64,000 nt of DNA from Leptolyngbyaceae cyanobacterium (GCA_965263355.1 CBDHHL010000056.1:160001-224000); one strand, 5' to 3'. Shown: positions 51,257-61,470, counted from the first letter of the stretch. Translations and numbers: made by a program. Notes: generated from the letters alone by a model not told the origin.

Positions 51257-52957
51257 TTGCCCATGTCGGATAGTGGCAAAAAAATTCTGGCCGTTGATGA
51301 TGTATTCACTAATTTAGAAATACTCACAGAGATTCTATCCTCTGCTGGGTACAGGGTCGCAGCATCTAGCAATGGTGAACGAGCTATCCAACGATTAGAG
51401 TTTTTTGAGCCAGATCTCATATTGCTAGATATACAAATGCCAGGGATTAACGGCTTTGAAACCTGTCTGCAGATTAAGGCTAATCCCAGTACAGCCCACA
51501 TTCCAATCATTTTTATAACAGCGTCATCAGATACTGACAGTATTGTTCAGGGATTCTCTGTCGGGGCAGTTGACTTTATCAGCAAGCCCTTTCAAGAACC
51601 AGAGTTACTAGCACGGGTTAAGACCCATTTACACCTCAGACATGTTAGTCAACTCTACAAATCAGAACAGAAAAAAACAGAAGAACTTATCCGTCTTAAT
51701 AACAAACTCCTACTGACACAGTTTTCTGTCGATAATGCAGCCGATGGCATTGTTTGGATCGATCAAAACTCAAATTGTTTTTATGCCAATACAGCGGCCT
51801 GCGATCTGCTCGAATATTCATTCGAAGAATTGACTGCATTATCAGTATCAGACATCAATGTAAATTTCCCAATCAGTCAGTGGAAACACCTCTGGCGTAA
51901 TATTAAGCGAAGTAAAAGTATCTCGCTTGAGTCTCAACATCGTACTAAAAGCGGACGAATTTACACAGCCGAGATTAGTATTAATTATCTTGCATTTGCA
52001 AATCGAGAGTGCAGTGTGATTGTCTTTCGTGATATTAGCGAGAAAAAGCAACTAGAAGCTGAACAAAAAGCTGCCGAAGTAAAAATCAATCAGCAAAATC
52101 TGGAGTTAGAAGAGGCCCTGAGAACGCTACAAAAAACTCAGTTAAAGCTGGTGCAACAGGAGAAAATGTCAGCACTGGGAAATTTAGTCGCGGGTGTCGC
52201 CCACGAAATCAATAATCCAGTGGCGTTTGTTGGGGGTAATATCTCTGAACTAAAACGTTGTTTGGTCGATCTAGTTGAGCATCTTACTTTGTATCGCCAG
52301 CAAGCTTCAGCTGCTAGTATTGCTACCCATGCAGAGAAGATTGAGCTTGAGTATCTATTGGACGATCTGCCAAAAATGATTGCCTCAATGGAAACAGGAT
52401 GCGATCGCATCCGCAACATTAGCGTTAGCCTACGCTCATTTGCCCGTGCCGATAAAGAAACCAAAGTAACTTATGATCTCCATGAAGGGCTAAACAGCAC
52501 GTTGCTAATTCTCAAACATCGCCTGAAGGCAAACACACAACGCCCAGCCATTCAAGTCCAAAAGTCCTACGGTGATCTGCCCGAATTTTCTTGTTTTCCA
52601 GGTCAGTTAAACCAGGTATTTATGAATCTTTTAGCTAATGCCATTGATGCTTTAGACGAAAGTAGTAAAGGCATTAGCTACCATGCCTTAGAAACAAATC
52701 CTCACCAGATTACGATTAGGACGAAATTTGATAATCACCAATTCCAAATCTACATTAAGGACAATGGTCCAGGTATTCCTGACCACATTAAGCCACACAT
52801 TTTTGATCATTTATATACTACAAAGGAAATCGGGAAAGGGACAGGATTGGGATTAACCATTGCCCAGCAAATCATCGTTGAAACCCATGGTGGCGAAATC
52901 ACCCTTAACTCAAGCCTTGAGCAGGGTACTGAATTTATTATTACTCTACCGGTGTAG
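51257..52957 (+). CDS. Hybrid sensor histidine kinase (REC-PAS-HisKA-HATPase)
   Basis: LLDIQMPG receiver, PAS domain, GVAHEINNP, QVFMNLLANAIDA, DNGPGI and GKGTGLGL motifs. Confidence 0.92.
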   Translation: MPMSDSGKKILAVDDVFTNLEILTEILSSAGYRVAASSNGERAIQRLEFFEPDLILLDIQMPGINGFETCLQIKANPSTAHIPIIFITASSDTDSIVQGFSVGAVDFISKPFQEPELLARVKTHLHLRHVSQLYKSEQKKTEELIRLNNKLLLTQFSVDNAADGIVWIDQNSNCFYANTAACDLLEYSFEELTALSVSDINVNFPISQWKHLWRNIKRSKSISLESQHRTKSGRIYTAEISINYLAFANRECSVIVFRDISEKKQLEAEQKAAEVKINQQNLELEEALRTLQKTQLKLVQQEKMSALGNLVAGVAHEINNPVAFVGGNISELKRCLVDLVEHLTLYRQQASAASIATHAEKIELEYLLDDLPKMIASMETGCDRIRNISVSLRSFARADKETKVTYDLHEGLNSTLLILKHRLKANTQRPAIQVQKSYGDLPEFSCFPGQLNQVFMNLLANAIDALDESSKGISYHALETNPHQITIRTKFDNHQFQIYIKDNGPGIPDHIKPHIFDHLYTTKEIGKGTGLGLTIAQQIIVETHGGEITLNSSLEQGTEFIITLPV

Positions 52958-53143
52958 TATTTGATGTAACCTAGGGATCGCAGCCATGACCCAAAATTAA
53001 AAAGGTTTTTGTCTTAGTTTAAAGCTTTAGCAAAGCTGAGGAAATACTTTCTACTAATTTCATAGTAGTTCGGTTAATCTTGAGATCAAATTATGTGTTC
53101 GGCAAAAAATTAGTCTGCATTTTCTGCAAGCGAGGCAAGCATC

Positions 53144-54355
53144 TTGAATAAATCGTTAATTGCTATTGGAGCTGCTCTTTCAGCCATTGGAGTGATCAGC
53201 GTAGCACCTGCTGAAGCTGGCACCCTGACGTTTGACTTTGAGCTAGATGCCTCTTCACAGGTAACGTTTAATTCTGGGTTGGGTGGTCTTACTTTAGAGG
53301 GCGTCACTATACCCGATAGCCTGCAGGTAACGGCAGATAAGGTTGTCGGCAGCTTTACCGTTTTAGACGACCCGGCTCAAGTCACTGATGGTAGCTTGGA
53401 CTTAGGCTCCGACTTTTTGGATGATGCTTTGCTAAGTAGCACCTACAATGCCATGCTGGAGTCCCTTCTGGGTGATTATGGCCTAACTACCAGCGAAGTT
53501 GTGCAATCCGTTGATGATTTATTTAGTATCAGCCAATTTACAGGGGATGGCGAACTGACGTCGAAGGATTTCACCCTAGTAAACGATACGACTGCATTCG
53601 ATATTACCTACGACGATAGTACGAATGCCATTGCAATCACAGGATACGACACTGATGTGGCCGAAAGCTGTCTGTCTACCACATGCTTAATCGATGATGT
53701 CAACCTTAGCTTTGATGTCAATCTAGTCCTGAGCGAATTTATTAATGTCACCAATGAATTGCTGACCAACTCTAGCATTTCACTCAGCCCAGAGACGAGT
53801 GAGGCGATCGCAAATCTGCAACAAATGGCCTTCTTTGCCCAGTTTTTAAGTCCCACTTTAAACCTGGCAACAGTAGAATTAGAAAGCTTTTCAGCCATCA
53901 CTTCTTTTGATAGTTCTGACCCAACGGGGACTGACCTGGATATTGAGGTTACCGACGGTGTAATCACGGCAACCACCATTACAGGAACAGAGGAGGAGGA
54001 AATTTTTAGCGAATCCTTTGGCAGCCCAGAGGACTCTACCCAGTCATTGACAGTTGTCGCTACCCCGGCAGATGTGGTTAAACCGACCGCAGTTATCCTT
54101 CCATCCGAGACCAGTCCATGGGACTCTGCTGATCCAGTAACTGATCCAGTAACAGTCACCACTAAACCAACAGCGGTGACTAATACACCTGGTGGTTCAT
54201 TGACGATAACTACTTCAGGCCCCATCAAACTGGCCGATGCTGCTGCCATTAGCACCAGCGATGCTCAGGATGTTCCAGAGCCGTCTATTTTGATTGGGTT
54301 GTTGGGTACAGCTGTGTTGGTCAAACGTGGACGGAAACAGACTCCTGCTCAATAG
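53144..54355 (+). CDS. PEP-CTERM sorting domain surface protein
   Basis: Signal peptide ending AEA; acidic Ser/Thr-rich body; C-terminal VPEPS, transmembrane helix and KRGRK. Confidence 0.88.
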   Translation: MNKSLIAIGAALSAIGVISVAPAEAGTLTFDFELDASSQVTFNSGLGGLTLEGVTIPDSLQVTADKVVGSFTVLDDPAQVTDGSLDLGSDFLDDALLSSTYNAMLESLLGDYGLTTSEVVQSVDDLFSISQFTGDGELTSKDFTLVNDTTAFDITYDDSTNAIAITGYDTDVAESCLSTTCLIDDVNLSFDVNLVLSEFINVTNELLTNSSISLSPETSEAIANLQQMAFFAQFLSPTLNLATVELESFSAITSFDSSDPTGTDLDIEVTDGVITATTITGTEEEEIFSESFGSPEDSTQSLTVVATPADVVKPTAVILPSETSPWDSADPVTDPVTVTTKPTAVTNTPGGSLTITTSGPIKLADAAAISTSDAQDVPEPSILIGLLGTAVLVKRGRKQTPAQ

Positions 54356-54380
54356 AGGGGGTTACATCAATTAAAAATCA

Positions 54381-54434
54381 AGTAAAAACACTCCAGGTAT
54401 TCTCTCTATGAGGTTATCTGGAGTGTTTTTTACT
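54381..54434. terminator. Bidirectional terminator
   Basis: agtaaaaacactccag ... ctggagtgttttttact between convergent genes. Confidence 0.75.
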
Positions 54435-54471
54435 GTTGTTAACCCATGGCTCAGCATGACTTGTTGCTCTG

Positions 54472-54867
54472 CTATGTTTGTGCGGCCTTGTAGGCAGCCC
54501 AGCCGCCGTGGTGAGAAATGTCGGGCCAGTTATGTTCTTCGATCAGTTTTTGGGGATAGAGCATTGCGATCGCACTCCCACCCCCCTCTAAACCCACCTC
54601 TGCCGGATACATATTCGGTGGTTCTGTGGACACCAAATAGTCATATTGCTCAGCCGTCAACTCATATAGTTCGCCAGGAATAGAAATCCCCCCAGACTCC
54701 ACCCCATAGATACCTGGATGCCAACCATCTTGAACCGAATGTAGCCGATAGCTAGCCGTCGTTTTCGCCTCACGGACAAAAGTTGCAGATTGCAGATTGC
54801 CATGATCCGGCTGTCCTCGTAGCGCTGAACCACAGATAAACACAATCTTGGTACCGTCATCGGCCAT
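54472..54867 (-). CDS. Gamma-glutamylcyclotransferase-fold protein resembling the allophanate hydrolase C-terminal domain
   Basis: FICGSALRGQP, T...YRLHSV, PG...G.SI.GELYEL and DISHHGGW.AY motifs. Confidence 0.75.
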   Translation of the reverse strand: MADDGTKIVFICGSALRGQPDHGNLQSATFVREAKTTASYRLHSVQDGWHPGIYGVESGGISIPGELYELTAEQYDYLVSTEPPNMYPAEVGLEGGGSAIAMLYPQKLIEEHNWPDISHHGGWAAYKAAQT

Positions 54868-54970
54868 GGGTAGTCTCTCCTTGATGATGAATACGATTTA
54901 TTAAACCTTATAGTGTTTTATTTCGCTGCAAGACTTGCCCATGGCGGGCTTGGCACCACAAACGTTCGGG

Positions 54971-55012
54971 GTAACTGTCGTTACAGATCTCCAACTGGGG
55001 CATTCATAGAAT
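54971..55012 (+). promoter_or_regulatory. Canonical NtcA-activated promoter
   Basis: GTA-actgtcgt-TAC (54971-54984), exactly 22 nt, then TAGAAT (55007-55012). Confidence 0.85.
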
Positions 55013-55081
55013 AATCTTTAAACAAATTTAAAAACTGAGTGACTGCTCACCCGGTTTTAATCCCAACTAGACACATCGCTT

Positions 55082-56389
55082 ATGGTACGTACAGTTGCTT
55101 CTACTATTGATACTCTGACAGTGAATGGGGATCGTCTGATGCAGATGATGACCGATGTCGGAACCATTGGAGCCTTACCCAATGGTGGTGTACGACGCCT
55201 CGCCTTTAGCCCAGAAGATCGAGCAGCACGGCAGCTAGTGCAGAACTGGATGGAATCAGCTGGAATGACTGTGACCATTGATGCTGCCGCTAATATGATT
55301 GGTCGTTATGAGGGCCATTTTCCCCATGCGCCGGCCCTAGCAACCGGGTCCCATTTAGATACAGTGCCCAATGCCGGTATTTATGACGGCACCTATGGTG
55401 TATTAGCGGGTGTGGAAGTGGCGCGAACGCTTCACGATCAGGGTATTCGCCCCGACCATCCCATTGAGGTGATTGTGTTTACTGATGAAGAACGCACCAT
55501 GATTGGCAGTAAGGCCATGGCGGGTAAAGCCAAACTGGAGCCTAACTTTTATGACCATCCCAACTATGAGCCCATTGAGATCGGTCTGAACTATATCGGT
55601 GGCAACTGGTCACAGCTACCCTCGGCCCAACGGAATACCGATGGTATGGCTGCTTTTGTAGAACTGCATGTGGAACAGGGGCCGGTGCTAGAAGCTGCCG
55701 GTAATCCCATGGGACTAGTGACCGGTATCGTCGGTCAGCGACGCTATCTAATCACTATCGACGGCAGCGCTAGCCATGCCGGGACCACCCCCATGACCAT
55801 GCGCCAGGATGCTATGGTGGCGGCGGCTCAGATTGTGCTGGAGGTAAATCGCATTGGCAATAAAACCGATGATGGCTATGGTGACCAGGTGGCCACCGTC
55901 GGCTCGATTAAGCTATCGCCCAATGTAGCTAATACGATCCCTGGGCGGGTTGAGATGACGCTGGATATTCGCGATCTGTCCAATCAGCGGTTGGACGCCA
56001 TGATTGGGGAATTGGAGGAGGAGGTTGGTGCGATCTCAGCCCAAACCCAAACCCAAATTCACCTCAAGCCCCAGTTACGTAACGAACCGGTGCCCGTCAA
56101 CTCTCATATTTACAACACGATTGCTCAAGTGTGCGACCAGCTACAGCTACCCGCCCAGGCATTGCCGAGCCGGGCCAGCCATGACGCCCAAATCATTGCC
56201 AGTATCACTGACATGGGCATGATTTTTGTCCCCAGTCAGGGCGGCATCAGCCACTCAGAAACTGAGTACACTACACCAGAACACTGTATTCAGGGGGCCA
56301 ATGTTTTATTGCACACGCTGCTAAAACTCGATCAGCACTACCGTTGTCCTGAAGAAATAGCAACTATTACGACAGAATCTAAAGTTTAG
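55082..56389 (+). CDS. Zn-dependent M20 hydrolase, N-carbamoyl-amino-acid hydrolase/allantoate amidohydrolase family
   Basis: GSHLDTVP.AG.YDG, FTDEE, FVELHVEQGP, HAGTTPM, SRASHDA and MIFVPS..GISH motifs. Confidence 0.9.
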   Translation: MVRTVASTIDTLTVNGDRLMQMMTDVGTIGALPNGGVRRLAFSPEDRAARQLVQNWMESAGMTVTIDAAANMIGRYEGHFPHAPALATGSHLDTVPNAGIYDGTYGVLAGVEVARTLHDQGIRPDHPIEVIVFTDEERTMIGSKAMAGKAKLEPNFYDHPNYEPIEIGLNYIGGNWSQLPSAQRNTDGMAAFVELHVEQGPVLEAAGNPMGLVTGIVGQRRYLITIDGSASHAGTTPMTMRQDAMVAAAQIVLEVNRIGNKTDDGYGDQVATVGSIKLSPNVANTIPGRVEMTLDIRDLSNQRLDAMIGELEEEVGAISAQTQTQIHLKPQLRNEPVPVNSHIYNTIAQVCDQLQLPAQALPSRASHDAQIIASITDMGMIFVPSQGGISHSETEYTTPEHCIQGANVLLHTLLKLDQHYRCPEEIATITTESKV

Positions 56390-56477
56390 TGGAACTTTCC
56401 CAGCTCCTACAGCAACCATTGGTAGGTTTTATCCAGTTGTCTCCCAGGACACATATAGCGTTGTCCCATGTTCACTG

Positions 56478-56491
56478 GTAACAGATATTAC
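56478..56491 (+). promoter_or_regulatory. Second NtcA box upstream of the ABC transporter operon
   Basis: GTA-acagatat-TAC; the downstream -10 element is less canonical. Confidence 0.65.
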
Positions 56492-56531
56492 TAACCGTCA
56501 CCGCTCATAGTTGTACTAGTTTTAGCTGCAC

Positions 56532-56608
56532 CTAAGCCACGTCCAATTTAAAGCCATTATTAGGTTCTTCTACGGAAAAGCTCTGGTTTTGGACGTGGAC
56601 AAAGTTTA
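56532..56608 (+). repeat. About 74-bp MITE-like dispersed repeat, copy 4
   Basis: ctaagccacgtccaatttaaagcc...ggttttggacgtggacaaagttta. Confidence 0.75.
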
Positions 56609-56612
56609 ATTA

Positions 56613-57842
56613 TTGACCCTACAGGAGACAGTCCCCATGGCGGTTAGTGCTGATCGGTCTTCACCGATGGCCCCTCAAGAACAGCCTTCAATGCCAACCT
56701 CTACTGTACCAACAGATACTGCAGCAGGGGTTTCTTTGCGCTCCGTTACAAAAAAATATGGCACCGTTACAGCTATTGAAAATATGACCCTGGATATTCC
56801 AGCAGGCATTTATTGCTGTCTGTTAGGTCCTAGCGGTTGTGGCAAAACAACAGCGCTGCGCATGATTTCGGGACATGAATCCGTCACCAGTGGTCAGGTT
56901 TTTATTGGCGATCGCTGCGTTAATGATTTACCCGCCGCCAAACGGAACACTGCCATGATGTTCCAAAACTACGCCCTATTTCCCCACAAGACCATCTGGC
57001 AGAATGTTGAATTTGGTCTGAAGATGCAGCGGCTCCCTCAGGCAGAGAGACATAAGCGAGTAGCCGAGATTTTAGACCTGGTCGGGTTAAGCCATACCGC
57101 TAAACGGAAACCTCACCAGCTGAGTGGCGGCCAGCAACAGCGCATTGCCCTAGCCAGAGCTTTGGTCACCCGTCCCCAGGTACTTATGCTAGATGAACCC
57201 CTTAGTGCTTTAGACGAAAACCTGCGAGTACGCATGCGAGGAGAATTGCGTAACATTCAAAAACAATTTGGTCTGACCTTTATCCAGGTAACCCACCACG
57301 TCGAAGAAGCTTTTTCCCTATCTGATCAGATTGTGGTGATGAACCACGGTCATATTGATCAAGTGGCCACACCTACCCAGCTATTTAACCAACCAACCTC
57401 CCAGTTTGTTGCCAAGTTTATCGGCGACAACAATATTTTCTCTGGCAAAGTATTATCCTCTACCCCCCACGAAAACGGCAAAGACCTAATTCGGCTCGAC
57501 ATCGAGGGCATCGGCACCTTACACGCCATTGGCCACAGTATTCCACCTGGTACGGATGCCGCCTGTTGTGTCCGCCCCGATCTCCTCACCCTAGAAAAAC
57601 CTGACTCTCCCCCTCTCCCCCTCTCCCCCTCTCCTTCTCTTCCCACCAACATCCTTACCGCCCGCATCACCCAGGTAGAACTCACCGGTTTTGTCACCCG
57701 TGTAGCCCTGATCTCTACCGTCGCGGGTCAACCGCTACTGCACACCCTACGGACAGTAGATTGGAACAACCTTGCCCTGCAAGAAGGCCAGAGCGTTTTA
57801 CTCAAATGGTCTGCCAACGACTGTGTTTTCCTAGCGCATTAG
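56613..57842 (+). CDS. ABC transporter ATP-binding protein (PotA-like)
   Basis: GPSGCGKTT, FQNYALFPH, LSGGQQQR and LDEPLSALD motifs; TOBE-like tail. Confidence 0.93.
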   Translation: MTLQETVPMAVSADRSSPMAPQEQPSMPTSTVPTDTAAGVSLRSVTKKYGTVTAIENMTLDIPAGIYCCLLGPSGCGKTTALRMISGHESVTSGQVFIGDRCVNDLPAAKRNTAMMFQNYALFPHKTIWQNVEFGLKMQRLPQAERHKRVAEILDLVGLSHTAKRKPHQLSGGQQQRIALARALVTRPQVLMLDEPLSALDENLRVRMRGELRNIQKQFGLTFIQVTHHVEEAFSLSDQIVVMNHGHIDQVATPTQLFNQPTSQFVAKFIGDNNIFSGKVLSSTPHENGKDLIRLDIEGIGTLHAIGHSIPPGTDAACCVRPDLLTLEKPDSPPLPLSPSPSLPTNILTARITQVELTGFVTRVALISTVAGQPLLHTLRTVDWNNLALQEGQSVLLKWSANDCVFLAH

Positions 57843-57926
57843 ACAATGACCGAGCGTGAATAAACGTTTGACCATTGTTTAGCCGAATTCACAGAACTAA
57901 CTTGACTCTGTTTCTAGGATTGATAT

Positions 57927-59240
57927 ATGACTAACATCACTCGTCGTAAGTTACTTTACACTGGCCTGGCCGCTGGAGCTGCCGTTGCAACAACCCGCTG
58001 CGCTTCCTCTGAAGCTCCAAAAGGTACCCCTGATAATCCAGCCCCTGGTCCTGAAGTCAACACTAACCAATCTAAGGATGTTACTCTGCGCCTCATTGGT
58101 ACCGGTGTTTCCCAGATCAACGAAATCCGCGACAAAGCGCAAGAAGATCTGGGCTTTAAGCTAGAAATGCGGGCCTTGAGTACTGAAGAAAACAATCAGA
58201 TTGCCATTACCCAACCTGATCAATACGATATCTTTGACGGCGAATATTTTAGCTTGCCCCTGGTTGTGCCCTCGGGTAACCTGCAACCCATTGACGTTTC
58301 CAAAATTAAGGATTGGGACAAGATTGTTCCCTTCTTCACCAGCGGTAAATTTGAAGGCATGCCCGTAGAAGCCTCTCAAGGGACTGCACCTTACAAGGTA
58401 ATGTACCTAACGGGCGCAGATTCTAAGGAATTCTCGACCACACCCACGGACTTTGCCACCCTGATCCCCTTTCAGTACAATGCCGATACCTTAGGCTATC
58501 GTCCTGACCTAGTGGGTCGTACTATCGAAAGCTGGGGCGAGCTATTCAACGAAGAATTTAAGGGCAAAACCTCTATCCTCGATATTCCTCAGATTGGCAT
58601 CATGGACGCCGCCATGGTGGCAGAGGCCCTGGGGCTGATGACCTTTGGCGACAAGGGTAACATGACCAAAGAAGAAATCGATAAGATTACCGATATCCTG
58701 AAGGAACAAAAAGCCAAGGGTCAGTTCCGAGCCTTCTGGAAAACCTTTGATGAGTCAGTGAACTTTATGGCGTCGGGTGAAGTGGTGCTCCAGTCCATGT
58801 GGTCTCCAGCGGTAACTGCCGTTCAGGCCAAGGGCATTGAGTGTATCTATGCCCCGCTTAAAGAAGGTTATCGCGGCTGGGGTGGCGGTATCGGTCTCTC
58901 CAAGAACCTTAGCGGTATTCAGCTAGATGCGGCCTATGAGTATATGAACTGGATGCTAGAGGGCTGGGTAGGTGCATTCCTGGGTCGTCAGGGGTACTAC
59001 AGTGCTGCGCCTGAAAGTGCTAAGAAGTATATGTCCGCTGAGGAGTGGGACTTCTGGTACGAAGGTAAGCCCGCCGCAGTTGATATGGTGGATCCCTTTG
59101 AGAAAACCCTGGCGAAGGCCGGAGCTGTTCGCGATGGCGGGTCCTTTAAGGAGCGTTTTGGTAATATCGTTTGCTGGAACTCCACTATGAAGGAGAATAC
59201 TTACCTTGTCCAGAAGTGGAACGAGTTTATTGCCTCATAA
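57927..59240 (+). CDS. ABC transporter substrate-binding protein (PotD/PotF-like, Tat-type signal)
   Basis: MTNITRRKLL twin-arginine signal; YNADTLG, SGEVVLQSMWSPAV and KEGYRGW motifs. Confidence 0.88.
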   Translation: MTNITRRKLLYTGLAAGAAVATTRCASSEAPKGTPDNPAPGPEVNTNQSKDVTLRLIGTGVSQINEIRDKAQEDLGFKLEMRALSTEENNQIAITQPDQYDIFDGEYFSLPLVVPSGNLQPIDVSKIKDWDKIVPFFTSGKFEGMPVEASQGTAPYKVMYLTGADSKEFSTTPTDFATLIPFQYNADTLGYRPDLVGRTIESWGELFNEEFKGKTSILDIPQIGIMDAAMVAEALGLMTFGDKGNMTKEEIDKITDILKEQKAKGQFRAFWKTFDESVNFMASGEVVLQSMWSPAVTAVQAKGIECIYAPLKEGYRGWGGGIGLSKNLSGIQLDAAYEYMNWMLEGWVGAFLGRQGYYSAAPESAKKYMSAEEWDFWYEGKPAAVDMVDPFEKTLAKAGAVRDGGSFKERFGNIVCWNSTMKENTYLVQKWNEFIAS

Positions 59241-59246
59241 GAAACG

Positions 59247-59336
59247 TCCCCTCTTGGGCGGGGTGCCGGTCAGGCGGGATGGGCTTCGACCGTTATCGCT
59301 AGTGATCAACCCACCCCTGCCCCTCCCAGGAGGGGA
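59247..59336. repeat. Inverted pair of GC-rich REP-like repeats after the binding-protein gene
   Basis: tcccctcttgggcggggtg ... cacccctgcccctcccaggagggga. Confidence 0.7.
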
Positions 59337-60220
59337 TGTTGGTGGCAAACTTATTTTTTGTTATGGCTAAAGCCTGGACTAACCTTAAACCATATCTCCT
59401 TGCAACGCCCCAAGCATTGGCCCTGGGGCTATTCTTGATTTTTCCCATCCTGTTAATCGCGGTGGTCAGCTTTTGGGAGTTTAACGGCTACTCCATGACT
59501 CCCGCCTTTACCCTGGATAATTACATCGGTATTTTCACATCTGATGTCACACTCAAAACCTATCTAAACACCTTTAAATTTGTCGGCCTAACGTGGTTGT
59601 TTACACTGTTAATCGGCTATCCGGTCGCCTACTTCTTATCGTTTCACGTGCCTAAACTACGCTGGCAGGTGTTGTTGTTTTTGGTCTGCACCATTCCATT
59701 TTGGACTTCTAATATCATTCGCATGATTTCCTGGTTGCCATTACTGGGAAGAGAGGGATTGGTCAACCAAATGTTGATAGGCACAGGCCTAACCCAACAG
59801 CCCTTGGAATTTATACTTTATTCCGATTTTGCCGTGGTCTTGGGCATGGTGCACCTCTATGTGATTTTTATGATTGCGCCGATCTTCAATAGCCTGATGC
59901 GCATCGACCGTACGCTGATTACAGCGGCAGAAGACATGGGGGCATCTGGGTTTGGTGTCTTTAAAGAAGTGATTTTTCCTTTATCGGCTCCTGGTATCGC
60001 TATTGGCTCTATTTTTATTGTCACCCTGGTGATGGGTGAATTTGTCACTGTTCGACTGATGGGGGGCGGTCAGGCGGCTTCTATCGGCAAGCTGATTCAG
60101 ACCCAGATTGGTAGTTTGCAATATCCACTGGCAGCAGCTAATGCCATTGTGTTGTTGGCAGTCACATTACTGGTGGTAATTTCGATTTTGCAGTTAGTGG
60201 ATATTAGAAAAGAACTATGA
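59336..60220 (+). CDS. ABC transporter permease (PotB-like; likely start about 59363)
   Basis: IGYPVAY, PFWTSNIIR and the EAA-like loop LITAAEDMGAS. Confidence 0.92.
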   Translation: MLVANLFFVMAKAWTNLKPYLLATPQALALGLFLIFPILLIAVVSFWEFNGYSMTPAFTLDNYIGIFTSDVTLKTYLNTFKFVGLTWLFTLLIGYPVAYFLSFHVPKLRWQVLLFLVCTIPFWTSNIIRMISWLPLLGREGLVNQMLIGTGLTQQPLEFILYSDFAVVLGMVHLYVIFMIAPIFNSLMRIDRTLITAAEDMGASGFGVFKEVIFPLSAPGIAIGSIFIVTLVMGEFVTVRLMGGGQAASIGKLIQTQIGSLQYPLAAANAIVLLAVTLLVVISILQLVDIRKEL

Positions 60221-61029
60221 AAAAACGCTCTCTTTCTTTCTTTCTCCTGGCCGCATTTTTTGGGCTGTTTGTGATCTTTCTCTATGGCCCGATGATCACT
60301 ATCTTTATTCTGTCGCTGCAAGGGCCAGAAGGGACTCTTACCTTTCCGGTTAGGGGGTTTAGTTTTTATTGGTTGGGGCAGGTATTTCAGGAGCAGCGGG
60401 TAGGGAATTTTGTGGAGCCATTTTTGCGATCGCTAGTCCTAGGCGGTATCGTCACTGTCCTGGTAGCCAGCATGGCCGTATCCGCTGCTATGGCTTTTCG
60501 TCAGCGTTTTCGAGGTTCGACGATTCTGTTTTATCTCAGCATTGCCAGCCTGATTGTGCCCAGTATTTTAATCTCCCTGGGACTGGGGGTAATGTTTCAA
60601 GTAATGCAGTGGCCCACCCGATGGTATAGCTCTGGGCTGGGTGCCCACCTTACCTGGACATTGCCCATTGCATTTTTGATTATGTTGGGCATTTTTAATC
60701 GGTTTAACCCCTCCTATGAAGAAGCAGCTAGGGATTTAGGTGCCAACGACGCCAGGACATTTTGGGAAATTGTGTTGCCGCTAATTGCTCCCAGTCTTGT
60801 CGGCGTCAGTCTGTTAACATTTACCCTATCCTACGACGAGTTTACCCGCACATCTTTGGTTTCTGGGCAGTACAACACCCTGCCCTTGGAAATCTTTGGC
60901 ATGACGACAAATGTAACCTCGCCCGCCCTCTATGCTTTAGGTACATTGACCACTCTGTTTTCATTTAGTTTAATTACCATCGCCTATGTACTCTACAAAC
61001 GTTTATCAAAGCAACGCCTATCGAAGTGA
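60217..61029 (+). CDS. ABC transporter permease (PotC-like)
   Basis: FLYGP, YEEAARDLGA, LSYDEF and TLPLEI motifs. Confidence 0.92.
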   Translation: MKKRSLSFFLLAAFFGLFVIFLYGPMITIFILSLQGPEGTLTFPVRGFSFYWLGQVFQEQRVGNFVEPFLRSLVLGGIVTVLVASMAVSAAMAFRQRFRGSTILFYLSIASLIVPSILISLGLGVMFQVMQWPTRWYSSGLGAHLTWTLPIAFLIMLGIFNRFNPSYEEAARDLGANDARTFWEIVLPLIAPSLVGVSLLTFTLSYDEFTRTSLVSGQYNTLPLEIFGMTTNVTSPALYALGTLTTLFSFSLITIAYVLYKRLSKQRLSK

Positions 61030-61098
61030 CGTAATTAAACTCTAGGGATACTATTCAGCATTGAAGTAAGCTACTTTACCGGTCCTTGGGACTATCAG

Positions 61099-61440
61099 TT
61101 AAATACTATGAATATAATCACAATGAATCGCAAAATCTTTCTCATCACGAATGAAATGTTCCCAATAACGACGCTGCCAGAGATTTCCTTCCCTTCGTTT
61201 CTGTCGTGATTGAGAAATTGCCCGTCCAATCTTTAATTCAGCCCCATATCGTTTTGTCGCATAGGTTTTAATTAATCGCAGCCTGACCGAAAAATCCGCA
61301 TCATTTTCCGGCAACGTTAAGAGACAATGAAAATGCTCGGGAAGTAATACAATCGCATCTACGGAAAATGGATGACGTTCTTTAACCGTGATAAAAGCTT
61401 CTCGAAGCGCTTGGCGACCAATATCCCCACATAGCATTCT
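61099..61440 (-). pseudogene. rayT: Internal fragment of a second RAYT
   Basis: LCGDIGRQALREA...HPFSVDAIVLLPEHFHCLLTLP...WQRRYWEHFIRDEKDFAIHCDYIH closely matches 10951-11460 but lacks the N-terminus and the YNPV...YSS C-terminus. Confidence 0.88.
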
Positions 61441-61470
61441 CGATGGGGGTGCGTTACTGAAATGCTTTTG

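Noticed and set aside
53608..54255. 215-aa minus-strand ORF
   Set aside because: Antisense shadow of the PEP-CTERM gene with no recognisable motifs.
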